A stretch of 64,000 nucleotides of DNA, taken from IMG/VR virus record IMGVR_UViG_2654587994_000003, positions 44,557 to 108,556 of that record. One strand, 5' to 3'. This document shows positions 18,514 to 28,159 of this stretch, piece after piece. Made by a program: the position numbers and the translations under genes. The DNA comes from a virus. Taxonomy: Duplodnaviria > Caudoviricetes. The notes beneath the pieces are model-generated. The model searched no databases, was not told where the DNA came from, and saw nothing but the letters and a program-made list of their open reading frames with translations. Positions within the stretch are counted from its first letter, which is position 1; each line of letters opens with the position of its first letter.

Positions 18514-18942
18514 CTAGAGCGGCTTCATGAAATGTGTTTCGACAGCGCTGTAGCCGCGCCGCTCGTAAAGGCTGGAGACGTCGTTGGTCGCGAGCGAAGC
18601 CATGCCAGCGGAGACGCAGCCAACCGATCGCGCCCACGCTTCATAAGCGTCGAGCATCCTGATCGCTCCCCGACCGCGTGCCGCTGGCGACACGAACCAG
18701 ACCGTTTCCTTGGCAATGCGACCAGCGCCGAATGGGTGCTCGAAAGCACAGGCCATTAGGACGCCCTGCGCGGGCTTGCCAGCAACAAGAACGCAGGACG
18801 CTGGCGACGCCAGATGCTGCTGGAATAGCCGATCGGCGTAGGCTGCCTGGAATGGAAAGGTAAACCCGGCGGCTTCATGGCTCTCACGCAGGAGCGCCAC
18901 AACACGGTCGCGGTCCTCAGCAATAGCGAAGCGGACGTCCAT
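18514..18942 (-). CDS. GNAT acetyltransferase
   Basis: WFVSPAARGRG motif A, LYERRGY. Confidence 0.8.
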   Translation of the reverse strand: MDVRFAIAEDRDRVVALLRESHEAAGFTFPFQAAYADRLFQQHLASPASCVLVAGKPAQGVLMACAFEHPFGAGRIAKETVWFVSPAARGRGAIRMLDAYEAWARSVGCVSAGMASLATNDVSSLYERRGYSAVETHFMKPL

Positions 18943-19478
18943 CACAGAGGGATCCAAGTTTTCATCCGTCTGATCATGCGAATGTTTGCTGACGTCACAC
19001 CAAATCGGCGGGCCACATGCGGATTCGGTTCAGAAGACTCTCGGATATCGTAAACATCATCCCAGGTCAGCTTTCGGAGGTGCGATCGTTCGCCCCTGTT
19101 ATGAGTTCCATGGCACTCTCGGTCGCGCTGATTTTCGGCTGGAGTAGCCCAGCGCAAATTCTCGGGCGTATTGTTTGTAAAGTCCCCGTCATTGTGCGCG
19201 ACCATACTCTTCTCAGGCGTCGGCTGCGGCCCATTAAACGCTGCGCAAACGAGCCTGTGGACATATCCCTTGAATGATCTACCCTCTGCTTGCATGCGGA
19301 CCGTCGCGTACCCATCGCGATAATCAAACTTCATGATGGCACCGCGTCGGCGCACTGTCGTTGTCCGACCGTCGCCGTAATCTCGCGTTACCGTTCGATC
19401 TACGGAGCGAACACGCCCAAGGTTCGAAACCTCATAGAATCCTTCAAAGCCGCAGACCGGCAGCCAAGCCTCAGCCAT
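18942..19478 (-). CDS. NUMOD4-HNH homing endonuclease
   Basis: W.PV.GFEG.YEVSNLGRVRS; VHRLV..AF..VAHNDGD..NN..ENLRW. Confidence 0.9.
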   Translation of the reverse strand: MAEAWLPVCGFEGFYEVSNLGRVRSVDRTVTRDYGDGRTTTVRRRGAIMKFDYRDGYATVRMQAEGRSFKGYVHRLVCAAFNGPQPTPEKSMVAHNDGDFTNNTPENLRWATPAENQRDRECHGTHNRGERSHLRKLTWDDVYDIRESSEPNPHVARRFGVTSANIRMIRRMKTWIPL

Positions 19479-19490
19479 CCAGAAGCTCCT

Positions 19491-20159
19491 CTAAAATAGA
19501 CCTAAAAATTTGCGGCGTTTCTTCGGCTGCGTCGCGACCTTGCCTTTTTCGGAGCCCCAGAAGAATTCCCACTCGGACGAGGTGTCAGCATCGGTGTAGA
19601 AAGCATCGCCAGCCTGCCGCAGCACCTGCGTGGCGTGACTGCGCGTCGACGGGTTGGAACGCGTCATCTCTTGAGTGTGGCTGGCGCAAACCATCGTCAC
19701 GCTGCCTTCCTCATTCTCGGAAGGGGTGTTGATCGTGATTGTGTCGACGAACCCCACGAAGCGGCATTCCGCCGGCGCCACCATCTGGCGGCTGTCAGGA
19801 TCGAACAGGCCTCGGTAGATCTCGACGCGGGCCTGACGGCAGTCATACTGCCGCACCAGCGTCTGCACGTGCTCGCTGACCTGCGAGAGGCGGATATTGA
19901 CGTTCTGCACTGAAAGGTTGGCAACGAGCGGAATGTCGTCGATCTGCACCAGCGTGCCGGAACCGTACCAGTCACGCGTAACCGGCAGTCCCGTGTCAGG
20001 GTGCACGATGGCCGCCGACACGTTGCCGACATCCGACCACATGCCGTCGGTGACTGGCGCACCAGTCGCGCGATCGCGCGCAACGAACCAGAGGAAGTCA
20101 CGCGCCACCAGCTGCCGCGCCTCAAGCGCAGCAAGGTTTTCTGCTGAGATGTTTCTCAT
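19491..20159 (-). CDS. Minor tail (hub-type) protein
   Basis: Position after distal tail gene. Confidence 0.7.
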   Translation of the reverse strand: MRNISAENLAALEARQLVARDFLWFVARDRATGAPVTDGMWSDVGNVSAAIVHPDTGLPVTRDWYGSGTLVQIDDIPLVANLSVQNVNIRLSQVSEHVQTLVRQYDCRQARVEIYRGLFDPDSRQMVAPAECRFVGFVDTITINTPSENEEGSVTMVCASHTQEMTRSNPSTRSHATQVLRQAGDAFYTDADTSSEWEFFWGSEKGKVATQPKKRRKFLGLF

Positions 20160-20168
20160 TGATTTCCC

Positions 20169-20813
20169 TTAGCGGGCTTCGATCGCCTGAAACGTGACCG
20201 TGCCGCGACCGGTGGCCATGTCGGCTGTTGTCGAGATCGAGCCGGGCACGATCGCCATGATGCAGGAAGGCTTTACCAGCGTCGCCGCCACAGGCGCCGT
20301 GACACCAGGCCATAGATGCGGACGAACCTCAAACTGCGTTGTCACTCCGCCTGCGCTGGCCGTCATAGGCTCCATCACCATATGCAGGTCTTTGTCGCCA
20401 ATCTGGACGTAATCGCCTACCGAGACCTTGTAGCCAGCGGGAAGACCCGACAGCGAGATTGCCTTGCGGTTACTCGCAATCGTAGCCACCTGCCCTACCC
20501 CGGCAAATGCGCTCCCGGTTGGCCAACTGCCATTCGGATAAGCCACCGGGAAGCAGCGAGACTTCGGGAATGCGCGGAACGTCTTGAGCCCGTTTTCCAA
20601 GCTCGTCAGCCGCGCTCGCCAGTAATCCAGCTCGTTCGGCTTCATCGAGCGCGATTGCGCCGTCATCTGCCAGAGCGGCGATCCCATGTCTTTGACCACC
20701 GTCTGGCCGCCTGCTGTGCGCGACTGCTCCTGCCGCCAGAGCAGATTGAACTCTGTCGACCAGCCGGGGAACTCATCGAAAAACGAAGTTGGGAGCGGGT
20801 ATGTGATTGTCAT
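20169..20813 (-). CDS. Distal tail protein
   Basis: First conserved tail gene after the tape measure. Confidence 0.7.
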   Translation of the reverse strand: MTITYPLPTSFFDEFPGWSTEFNLLWRQEQSRTAGGQTVVKDMGSPLWQMTAQSRSMKPNELDYWRARLTSLENGLKTFRAFPKSRCFPVAYPNGSWPTGSAFAGVGQVATIASNRKAISLSGLPAGYKVSVGDYVQIGDKDLHMVMEPMTASAGGVTTQFEVRPHLWPGVTAPVAATLVKPSCIMAIVPGSISTTADMATGRGTVTFQAIEAR

Positions 20814-21175
20814 CAAGATCGCCTTGCGTTTCGACGCTGGGCGGACGCAATTGCTTCCTCGACACGCTTCGCAAAAGTCGAATTCAATTCATCCAGCTTG
20901 CGGCGTAGTTCGGTCATCTGTTCGGCGCACGCTCCGCCCACATCACATAATGATACGATCTTCACCGGCAGAGGCTCGACAACGTGCTCGGAGATAGCAA
21001 CGGCCTCCATGATGATGAACGATTCGCCCGGCTCTAAGCGAGCGCGACGATCAGCCTCTTTTTTGGCTCCATCCAACTCGTAGTGGACAAAACTGTCAGA
21101 AGCATAGATTGCGTAACCATCATCCGCCACATACGGCTTGCCAACGACAACGTAAGCTTTCATTGTGTTCCTCAT
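20813..21175 (-). CDS. Hypothetical protein ending in a copy of the tape-measure C-terminus
   Basis: RVEEAIASAQRRN versus TMP RVEAAVRSAQKRN. Confidence 0.55.
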   Translation of the reverse strand: MRNTMKAYVVVGKPYVADDGYAIYASDSFVHYELDGAKKEADRRARLEPGESFIIMEAVAISEHVVEPLPVKIVSLCDVGGACAEQMTELRRKLDELNSTFAKRVEEAIASAQRRNARRS

Positions 21176-21197
21176 TCATCTTAAGGGGGAATTTTCG

Positions 21198-21353
21198 ATG
21201 TCGGTAAACAATCTGCGGTCTCTCGCACAATCAGCCGCTAATGCTGTTGAGCCCAAAAGCCGGGCGGCGGTGTATCAAGCGCTTGAAGCAATGGCGAAAG
21301 AGATCATCAAGCTCAGGAATGAACTTGATGATCTGAAAGCTAAAGTGGGCTAA
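21198..21353 (+). CDS. Small coiled-coil moron
   Basis: 51 aa, AAGGGGG RBS. Confidence 0.5.
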   Translation: MSVNNLRSLAQSAANAVEPKSRAAVYQALEAMAKEIIKLRNELDDLKAKVG

Positions 21354-23699
21354 TCACCCCAACTTCACGTTTCGTTTCTGAGCAGACCGAACGGCCGCTT
21401 CAACACGGCTTTGGAGCTCGCCCTGCATCTTGGCCAGCGCCTTTTCCTGTCTCGCGACGGCTTCAACAGACGCGCCGCGATTGTCGACGACTGGATTGAA
21501 GTTGACGACGACACCGGCAGATTGCGCGGACATGGATCTCAAACTCGGTACACTCGGGACCGAAATCCCGACCGGGCCGCCGTTGGCGTAGCCTTTACGG
21601 AGCGCTTCAACCGCCCCTACTCCACCGGCCCGCGCCACGTCGGCCTGGGACCACACGACTTCGCCTTTGTGCACGATGCCGGCAGGCTGATATTTGCCGC
21701 CCGGACCAGTGAAGCCGCCCTCTGAGAAGAGGCCGCCTGACAGCCCGGCGTAGCGAGATGCCCCACCGCCAAAAAGGCTGAACAGGCCACTCAATAAACC
21801 GCCACTGCCGCCAGCCGCACTGTTGACCTTGAAGATGCTATTGAGCACATCGTCCAGGAGCGCATCTGCGATGCGGCTGAGCGCGCCAGCAAATGCATCC
21901 GCGGCACTCTCACCATGGATCAAATCGTCGATGAAGCCGCGCGTTGCGTCTCTCGCGACGTTGTTCCACTCGTTCAGCTTCTGCTGTTCCTCTTGCGCTT
22001 TTCTAAGCGCCTCAGATTGCCGAGCATATGCAGCAGACTCCTGCTCTATTGCAGCTATCTTGTCGGGCGAAAGCTTGATGCTTTCGAGGTCTTTTTCGCC
22101 CTTCTTGCGAGCCTCTTCGCGAAGGTCGGCCAGCGCCTTCTGCTCCAGGTCTAGCGCTGTACGGCGCTTAACTTGAGCCTCATTGGACAAGCCAATAAGG
22201 TTCATTTCCTGGCGCAACGCCTCAGTCCTATCTCGGACAGCCTGAAGGTCTTCCGCGAAGCGGTCAGATGCGGTCTTTTTGGGAGCCCTTGGCCGCTTCG
22301 GCGTACCAAAGCCTCTGTTTTTGTCTGTGTCCAGATCGGATGGGCGGCGTTCTGGTGTGGGGCCGTTGTCCGGTAGGGGAAACTGCGTTCCTTGGATTGT
22401 GGCGTCCGCGCCGAACTGGGAATCCTGTTGGCCTGCTCCGCGCCACGTCCTCGGATCATTGATCCTGGAGGTCGCAACAGAGGTGACCTCATTGACCTTT
22501 TGGACGCTATCCGCGGCAGTCAACGCTGCCGCAGACAGTGTGGAGAAGTATTTAGCGAACTCAGCGAGTGCAGGAATGCCAGTGCTGTTTATCGCCGCAC
22601 TTAGAGCGGCCTGCACACGGTCGACATCTTCAGTCTGCGCCTTACCTTCTTCGGCAGCCTTCGCGAAGTCATTGAATGCTGACTGGAGGTTCTTGATAAC
22701 GTCAGCTTCTTCACCTGCAGACTGGAGTTGCGAAACTAGATCGGCAATGGTGGCACGCGTACTTTCAAGCTCTTTGCGAACGTCAGCGAGCGTATTGGTA
22801 TTTACAATGTCGGCGCCCTTGGTGAGGTCGGCATTGTCCTGCGCTCGTTTCAGCTGGTCGGCGTAGTCGCGCAAAGCGGGAACGGCATCGCCCCAGCGTT
22901 CGGCGACCGCAGCAATCAGCGCAGCCTGCTCTTTGAGCACTTCGGCGGACTTATCGCCTTCGCTCATAATCGTCGAAAAGTACTGAAATGCCGCTGTGCC
23001 TGCGGCGATGACGCCAATCGTTACCAGCGACAACGGAGAAATCACCGACGCGAAAGCAGCCGCAAGACCTTGGCCGACACCCTGCCCGCTATCCTTTATC
23101 TGCTGCAGGACGGCCGAAAGCTGGGTGCCCTGCTGCAGGGCGATCTGAATGGGAGACATCCCCATCGCTGCGGTCACGCCGATGTCCTGGAACTGAGCGG
23201 CAATGTTTGCGGTATTGAAGCTGTTGCCGCTACTGGTAGTGACCGTAGCCTTTAGCGCTGCGTTGCGACCCTTAATGGCCGCGGTCGACGCAAGTGCCGC
23301 CTGTCGCTCCCTCTGAATCGCAGACGCCATCTCGTTGGCAGAAATTGCGCCGGCGGCATGGGCCTGCCGAATTTCGGCGACCGCATTCTTATAATTCGAA
23401 ATTGTTGCGAACAACGGGCTGTATTTGGCGCGGAGGCGATCAAGCTCTTTCTGCTGATCAGCAAGAACCCCGTTCCATTCTTTTGCTGCCGTCGTACCAA
23501 TGCCCACCATGCTGTTGATGCGATCCTGCATCGAGGTGGTGAGGGAGTTGTTGATAGACTTACCGGTAGCGGCAAAACGTTTCTCAATGCCGTTGGATGC
23601 TGCGCCTACGTCCGACACCAGCCGATTTAGCGCACGCTTTACGGTTGCAAGATCGGTGCTGATTGAGATAATCAGATCATCACTGTTGTTGCCGGCCAA
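21354..23699 (-). CDS. Tail tape measure protein
   Basis: Ala-rich 781 aa, NIAAQFQDI..ALQQG motif, GGFTGPGGKYQPAGIVHKGE. Confidence 0.92.
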   Translation of the reverse strand: MAGNNSDDLIISISTDLATVKRALNRLVSDVGAASNGIEKRFAATGKSINNSLTTSMQDRINSMVGIGTTAAKEWNGVLADQQKELDRLRAKYSPLFATISNYKNAVAEIRQAHAAGAISANEMASAIQRERQAALASTAAIKGRNAALKATVTTSSGNSFNTANIAAQFQDIGVTAAMGMSPIQIALQQGTQLSAVLQQIKDSGQGVGQGLAAAFASVISPLSLVTIGVIAAGTAAFQYFSTIMSEGDKSAEVLKEQAALIAAVAERWGDAVPALRDYADQLKRAQDNADLTKGADIVNTNTLADVRKELESTRATIADLVSQLQSAGEEADVIKNLQSAFNDFAKAAEEGKAQTEDVDRVQAALSAAINSTGIPALAEFAKYFSTLSAAALTAADSVQKVNEVTSVATSRINDPRTWRGAGQQDSQFGADATIQGTQFPLPDNGPTPERRPSDLDTDKNRGFGTPKRPRAPKKTASDRFAEDLQAVRDRTEALRQEMNLIGLSNEAQVKRRTALDLEQKALADLREEARKKGEKDLESIKLSPDKIAAIEQESAAYARQSEALRKAQEEQQKLNEWNNVARDATRGFIDDLIHGESAADAFAGALSRIADALLDDVLNSIFKVNSAAGGSGGLLSGLFSLFGGGASRYAGLSGGLFSEGGFTGPGGKYQPAGIVHKGEVVWSQADVARAGGVGAVEALRKGYANGGPVGISVPSVPSLRSMSAQSAGVVVNFNPVVDNRGASVEAVARQEKALAKMQGELQSRVEAAVRSAQKRNVKLG

Positions 23700-23752
23700 G
23701 TCGGTGTCCTAACGTGAAAAAGCCCGCCAATGGCGAGCTGGGAGGCGATCCA

Positions 23753-24088
23753 ATGGATAACTGGTTGAAGGCGCTCGTTGCGTGCGCGTGCGTCGTCATC
23801 ATTTCTGGCGGCGGCTATTATGCTTGGGGAGAGTACAGTGCCCACCAACGCGAGAACGAACGGCGCGAGAAGTCTAACCGCGAAGCCTCACTTAAGAATC
23901 AGGCGACGCTATTAAAATCCAAATTTTCGGCAGCTGAGTGCATCAGGATGGCGAAAGAAACCCTGCCAGACAAAAAAGGCGAGCCGGTTAAGACGACAAA
24001 GTATAACGGCGACTTATCTATATGCGATGACCTCCAAATGTTCGACCCGACATGGAGGCAAGCACTCGATATGGCTGGCGTGTTCTGA
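23753..24088 (+). CDS. Membrane-anchored moron protein
   Basis: N-terminal TM, GGGAGG RBS, opposite strand to tail genes. Confidence 0.65.
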   Translation: MDNWLKALVACACVVIISGGGYYAWGEYSAHQRENERREKSNREASLKNQATLLKSKFSAAECIRMAKETLPDKKGEPVKTTKYNGDLSICDDLQMFDPTWRQALDMAGVF

Positions 24089-24265
24089 TGGACAAGACGG
24101 CAAACTGTTGCCCGCCGTCAACTTGACCCATCCTGGGGGGACGCAACCCTATCTTCACTCCATGTTTTGCCATGGTGATCTTCGTCATTCGGGGCTCAAC
24201 ACAGAATCTGGCTAGACAACCCATCATTGAATTTTGCATCCTCGACAAATGAATGGGGGCGCAAC

Positions 24266-24976
24266 ATGCATAAGCAATACCACCTTGAAAACTCCACCTA
24301 TCCCGACACTCACCGCATCTACGAAGAGCGGCTATCCATCGCTGGTATTCACCATTATCGGAAGGATGCCATTTCGTTTTGCAGATCCAGAGAGAAAGCC
24401 ATCTATTTCGATCTGGATGCGGCCAATCCTTACGATAGGAACGCAATCAGAATCATGGGCCGATGGAAAGGTCTGTGGGGTACGAAGGTTAAAATACTGG
24501 GATACGTAGACGCAGACACAGCTAGTAAGATAGCTGCATTGGGTATTCAAAACGATATTCTTCCACGACTACTCAAGACATATGTCGGCGAAGACGACTA
24601 CGTCGAGATTATGTACCAAATCGTCGGCCCCAAAGATGGGTACGCAGAATACTCCCCGCCACGGATAACACCAGTATCGACGGCCAAGAAACTCATGGAG
24701 GCTGGAAACGATGTTGAAGCTGTAAAAGCGCTGCTCGCCGACATTGACAAGGAAGAGATTGAGGCGAAAAAATCGGGCGGTGGTGTAGCGGCCAGATCAT
24801 ACAAAGCGCTTGCGGACTTTTACAAAAAGCAAAAAAGCTACGATGAAGAATACGCTATCCTTGAGCGGTTTGTGTCGCAGAGGCGCGCAAGGGGTGTAAA
24901 CCAAGATAAGTTGGCCGAGCGATTTTTGAAGGCCCGCGAATCGCGAGATAAACGAAACGCTTCGAAAACTCCGTAA
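24266..24976 (+). CDS. HIRAN-like domain plus helical domain moron
   Basis: IAGIHHY..NPYDRNAIRI..LGYV; lower GC. Confidence 0.65.
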   Translation: MHKQYHLENSTYPDTHRIYEERLSIAGIHHYRKDAISFCRSREKAIYFDLDAANPYDRNAIRIMGRWKGLWGTKVKILGYVDADTASKIAALGIQNDILPRLLKTYVGEDDYVEIMYQIVGPKDGYAEYSPPRITPVSTAKKLMEAGNDVEAVKALLADIDKEEIEAKKSGGGVAARSYKALADFYKKQKSYDEEYAILERFVSQRRARGVNQDKLAERFLKARESRDKRNASKTP

Positions 24977-25058
24977 CTTGCTTTTGAAAGCAAGTTTCCA
25001 GACGCCTTCGAAGAGAGTTCGTCGCCGCCACGGGTACAGCGGTCAAGCTGAAACCAGC

Positions 25059-25292
25059 CTAACCACCATACTTCTTGATCAACTCATCCATCTCTTCGTC
25101 AGACGGTGGCGCCACGGACTTTTTGGCTCCGTTCGCTTCGGCCTTCCCCTTCACCGCAAGGGTGAACTCGGTCAAGCTTGACGACCAGAATATTACTGGG
25201 GGCCAGCCGAGGCCGCCGAATGCGATCTTTTGCCAATCGCGCCAAGGGAAAGGTTCTTCTATGCCGCCTTTAGAGCGGCTTCCCCGTTTCCC
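25059..25292 (-). CDS. Tail assembly chaperone, -1 frameshift (GT) extension
   Basis: In-frame slippery G GGA AAC (25286-25292); -1 frame reads ..GLGWPPVIFWSSSLTEF..DELIKKYGG*. Confidence 0.8.
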   Translation of the reverse strand, partial: GKRGSRSKGGIEEPFPWRDWQKIAFGGLGWPPVIFWSSSLTEFTLAVKGKAEANGAKKSVAPPSDEEMDELIKKYGG

Positions 25293-25618
25293 TCGTCGTC
25301 CTCATCAAAATGATGAGACAGCGCCTCGGAAATCGCCTTGGCAACGGCGCCGAAGTGCTTCAGCTTCAGCGCACCAATTGCCGCGACTTTGTCGCCGCGC
25401 ACGGTAAGCAGGTCGAGTGCGGCCACAGTAGCGGCCGGCTCGACGCCTGAAAGGCGAAGAAACAGATCAGACATGCTCTTGCAGGAAAGGCGCGAAGACA
25501 CAGCGGCAAGACCGCCCATCTCGGCAACGATAACCAGCGGCACCTTGCCAACGAACAGGCCGACTTCGCCCCGCGCACCATTCACTTCAAGCGGGAACGG
25601 CTTTTCAGCATCAGCCAA
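25259..25618 (-). CDS. Tail assembly chaperone (G)
   Basis: Between tube and TMP; NGARGEV motif; probable TTG start. Confidence 0.8.
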   Translation of the reverse strand: MADAEKPFPLEVNGARGEVGLFVGKVPLVIVAEMGGLAAVSSRLSCKSMSDLFLRLSGVEPAATVAALDLLTVRGDKVAAIGALKLKHFGAVAKAISEALSHHFDEDDEGNGEAALKAA

Positions 25619-25619
25619 A

Positions 25620-26051
25620 TTACACCTCCGCAACGAACGTCAGAACGCCGGCAGCAACGAACGTGGCCGTGAATTCCATGTTGCCCTCCATCTCGCCGCT
25701 GAACTCGAATTCAGAAACGAACCAAGGGCCGGTGTAAGTACCCAGGCCAGGAACGATCACCTTGGCATTGAATTTGGTAGCATCATTGACGTGCGTCATG
25801 AACGCGGTGTTCGAAGCGCTCTTAACGAACTTGCCGGAGCCAGAGAACGTGCGGTTCTTGATGCCCGGCTCTGCTGTTTTCTGTGGCGTATTCTCTGGAT
25901 TGACGCAGTCCGTGATGGTCGTGTCGACCTCATTGGCGGACATATTGAAACTGCGGGTCGTGAGACCGCACAGGTTCGAAAAGACTTCAGGAGTTTCGCC
26001 GTCACCGATCTGGATGAGCAGCGTACGACCAATCTGTTGACCGTCGGCCAT
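25620..26051 (-). CDS. Major tail tube protein
   Basis: GRTLLIQIGDG..LCGL..SANEVDTT..GSG. Confidence 0.88.
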   Translation of the reverse strand: MADGQQIGRTLLIQIGDGETPEVFSNLCGLTTRSFNMSANEVDTTITDCVNPENTPQKTAEPGIKNRTFSGSGKFVKSASNTAFMTHVNDATKFNAKVIVPGLGTYTGPWFVSEFEFSGEMEGNMEFTATFVAAGVLTFVAEV

Positions 26052-26085
26052 TTGTAAACCTCAAAAAGTAGGGGTTGGTGGCCAA

Positions 26086-26496
26086 TCAGGCCGGTGTCTC
26101 GACGCGCGCGACAAACTCGACGACACCGTGGGTCGTGACTTCGTCCGGGTCTTTGAAATGACGGGTGTCTTGCCGCGTGATCGATATCAATCGATGTGAG
26201 GGCAGCACTAATGGCGCTTCATCCAGAGCCTCGACGACCTCGTGAATGAGTTCCTTCAGCTCCTTGAAGCCTCCGGAGTATTGCGACCAAACGTGAATCG
26301 TCACGTAGATGAGGTTCGACTTTAAACAGCCGACATCATCCCTGATGACTTGGCTTTCGCCGTACTCGACGTACGGAAACGGTGCGTTGGTCGGCGGTCT
26401 GTCATAAATTCTTTGGGCCACCTTCGCCGTCAGACCTGCTCGCGCCTTTAGCCTCGCAACGATGGCACCCTGGAGTTCGAGATCGGGGTTAACCAT
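26086..26496 (-). CDS. Tail terminator (DUF3168-like)
   Basis: LQGAIVARL..RIYDRPP..FPYV..HVWS..HGVV. Confidence 0.85.
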   Translation of the reverse strand: MVNPDLELQGAIVARLKARAGLTAKVAQRIYDRPPTNAPFPYVEYGESQVIRDDVGCLKSNLIYVTIHVWSQYSGGFKELKELIHEVVEALDEAPLVLPSHRLISITRQDTRHFKDPDEVTTHGVVEFVARVETPA

Positions 26497-26990
26497 TATT
26501 TTTTCATGGCCTCCCTCACGCCTCGCCAGACGGCGTCGTTGATGCGTTTCTTCGCTTTGGCCCTAAATGCTCGCCACGTTGGAAAAATATGCGGTTGCGC
26601 CCGCGTGCCAGGGTGCATCTTTGCGCCGGCCGCCTGCTTCTTGCCGGCAACCGTACCGCCACCCTTCGCAACGTTATGCGGCCGCGTGCCGAACTCCAAA
26701 AAATGCCAAATCCACGCAGCGAAAACGCCAGTCGCATCAGGATCCTTGCTGGCAGATGCACCGACAAGCGCTTTCGCAGACGGTCTGTCAGAGATCTTGG
26801 CGCCCTGTATGGAGGCAGCGTAGTCGCCAGCCGTTGCGCTGTTGCTTATCGGCGCTCGGTCGGAGATTTTATCGGCGGCTTCGGTAGCGATCTGTAGCTT
26901 CGCTTCGGCGGCATACTTGTTGGCGAGAGGAGCGACCTGATTCAGCTTCTTCGTCAGCGCTTCGCGGCCTAAGACTTTTGCCTTGATCAC
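26496..26990 (-). CDS. HK97 gp10-like tail completion protein
   Basis: HFLEFGT..AQPHIFP; GTG start with GGAGG. Confidence 0.85.
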   Translation of the reverse strand: MIKAKVLGREALTKKLNQVAPLANKYAAEAKLQIATEAADKISDRAPISNSATAGDYAASIQGAKISDRPSAKALVGASASKDPDATGVFAAWIWHFLEFGTRPHNVAKGGGTVAGKKQAAGAKMHPGTRAQPHIFPTWRAFRAKAKKRINDAVWRGVREAMKK

Positions 26991-27343
26991 GACGCCTCCC
27001 CGTGTACCACAAACAGCTCGATCCACTGGTTGCGTTCGTCGATGTTGACCGCAGCCTTGATCGCATAGAGCACACCGGTGCGCTTGTTCCGCGCCCGCCA
27101 AGCTGGCGTGATGATGCGCGTGCGCTCGTTGCTGCGGACAGTCATGGTGTAGGGCTGCAAACCTTGAAGGCGGCTGGCAATTACCGTCTCGCTGCCGACG
27201 CGCGGTTCAAGGCGGGCTGGCTCCACGAATTGCTCAGCAAAGCCGACCACTACACCGCCATACCCATCATCGCCCTCACCCTCGGCCTCAAAGCCGATGC
27301 GTTCACCCAGCGAGCCTGCGCCCGCCCTCCTGCGTTTTGGCAT
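26987..27343 (-). CDS. Head-closure / head-tail adaptor
   Basis: AGSLGERIGF..DDGYGG. Confidence 0.82.
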   Translation of the reverse strand: MPKRRRAGAGSLGERIGFEAEGEGDDGYGGVVVGFAEQFVEPARLEPRVGSETVIASRLQGLQPYTMTVRSNERTRIITPAWRARNKRTGVLYAIKAAVNIDERNQWIELFVVHGEAS

Positions 27344-27515
27344 TCGGTCGATCCTTGGTGGGTTCGGCAGCCTCGGCCGCTATTGCAGCCGCGGCGCACT
27401 TGCGCGTGACGTTGTAAAGACCGATCGAATAGGCAATCGTGAAACCCGGCTGGCGCCAGTCGAACGGTTCATGGAAGCGGAGCCACATAGTCATCCGCCA
27501 CTGTTCGCCAGACAC
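27303..27515 (-). CDS. Small hypothetical protein
   Basis: WLRFHEPFDW..YNVTRKCA; start probably internal. Confidence 0.55.
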   Translation of the reverse strand: MSGEQWRMTMWLRFHEPFDWRQPGFTIAYSIGLYNVTRKCAAAAIAAEAAEPTKDRPNAKTQEGGRRLAG

Positions 27516-27816
27516 GCCACGGAGCCAGAAGCATCCGTACCGCTCGCGGAAGAACTGCGTCGCCCGTTGCCTTTGGGTCAGGCTCTCGCACCTCGTAGAG
27601 ATCGCCGGTCACGAGAAGGATCGCCGACACGATCGCGGGCGTTGCTGCAATGCCGTCGGTGACCGTGGGCGTTTCGCCTACGGCTACAACTTCGCGATCA
27701 AGATGCTGCGTAACGATGCTTTCTGCAGCATCACGGTAAAGGCCGATCTCCGCGTCTTCATCATCATGAAAGACACGTAGATGCTTCTTTACGGTTTCGA
27801 GATCGACGATTGGCAT
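27469..27816 (-). CDS. Head-tail connector (gp6-like)
   Basis: LETVKKHLRV..DEDAEI..AILLVTGDLYEVRE. Confidence 0.88.
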   Translation of the reverse strand: MPIVDLETVKKHLRVFHDDEDAEIGLYRDAAESIVTQHLDREVVAVGETPTVTDGIAATPAIVSAILLVTGDLYEVREPDPKATGDAVLPRAVRMLLAPWRVWRTVADDYVAPLP

Positions 27817-27817
27817 A

Positions 27818-28159
27818 TCAGGCCGCCACTACTGCGGCAGTAGGCGCGCTTGTGACGGGCACGCTGCCCTTGTCATTGGTGGCTGTGACGCGAACCGTGA
27901 TGGCCTTACCAACGTCGCCGGCGACCGGCACATATGTAGCCGCAGTGGCGCCAGAAATCGCGACGCCAGCAGCAAACCACTGCCGCGCGTAAGTCGGCGA
28001 GCCGGACCATGTGCCGGTTGTCGACGTCAGCGTCTGGCCAACCTGTGCGGTGCCTGTGATGGCAGGTGCAACAGAATTCACCGGTGAGCCGATACCGTTG
28101 ACGATACCAGCGCCGATATAGGATGCTACCCTGCGCTTACGAACCTTCGTTGACAGCAT
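27818..28159 (-). CDS. Ig-like putative decoration protein
   Basis: PAITGTAQVGQTLT..GTW..YARQW..DVGKAITVRVTA. Confidence 0.7.
   Translation of the reverse strand: MLSTKVRKRRVASYIGAGIVNGIGSPVNSVAPAITGTAQVGQTLTSTTGTWSGSPTYARQWFAAGVAISGATAATYVPVAGDVGKAITVRVTATNDKGSVPVTSAPTAAVVAA

Noticed and set aside
25259-25292. Programmed -1 frameshift as a novelty
   Set aside because: Standard G/GT tail-chaperone frameshift of long-tailed phages; listed as a feature only
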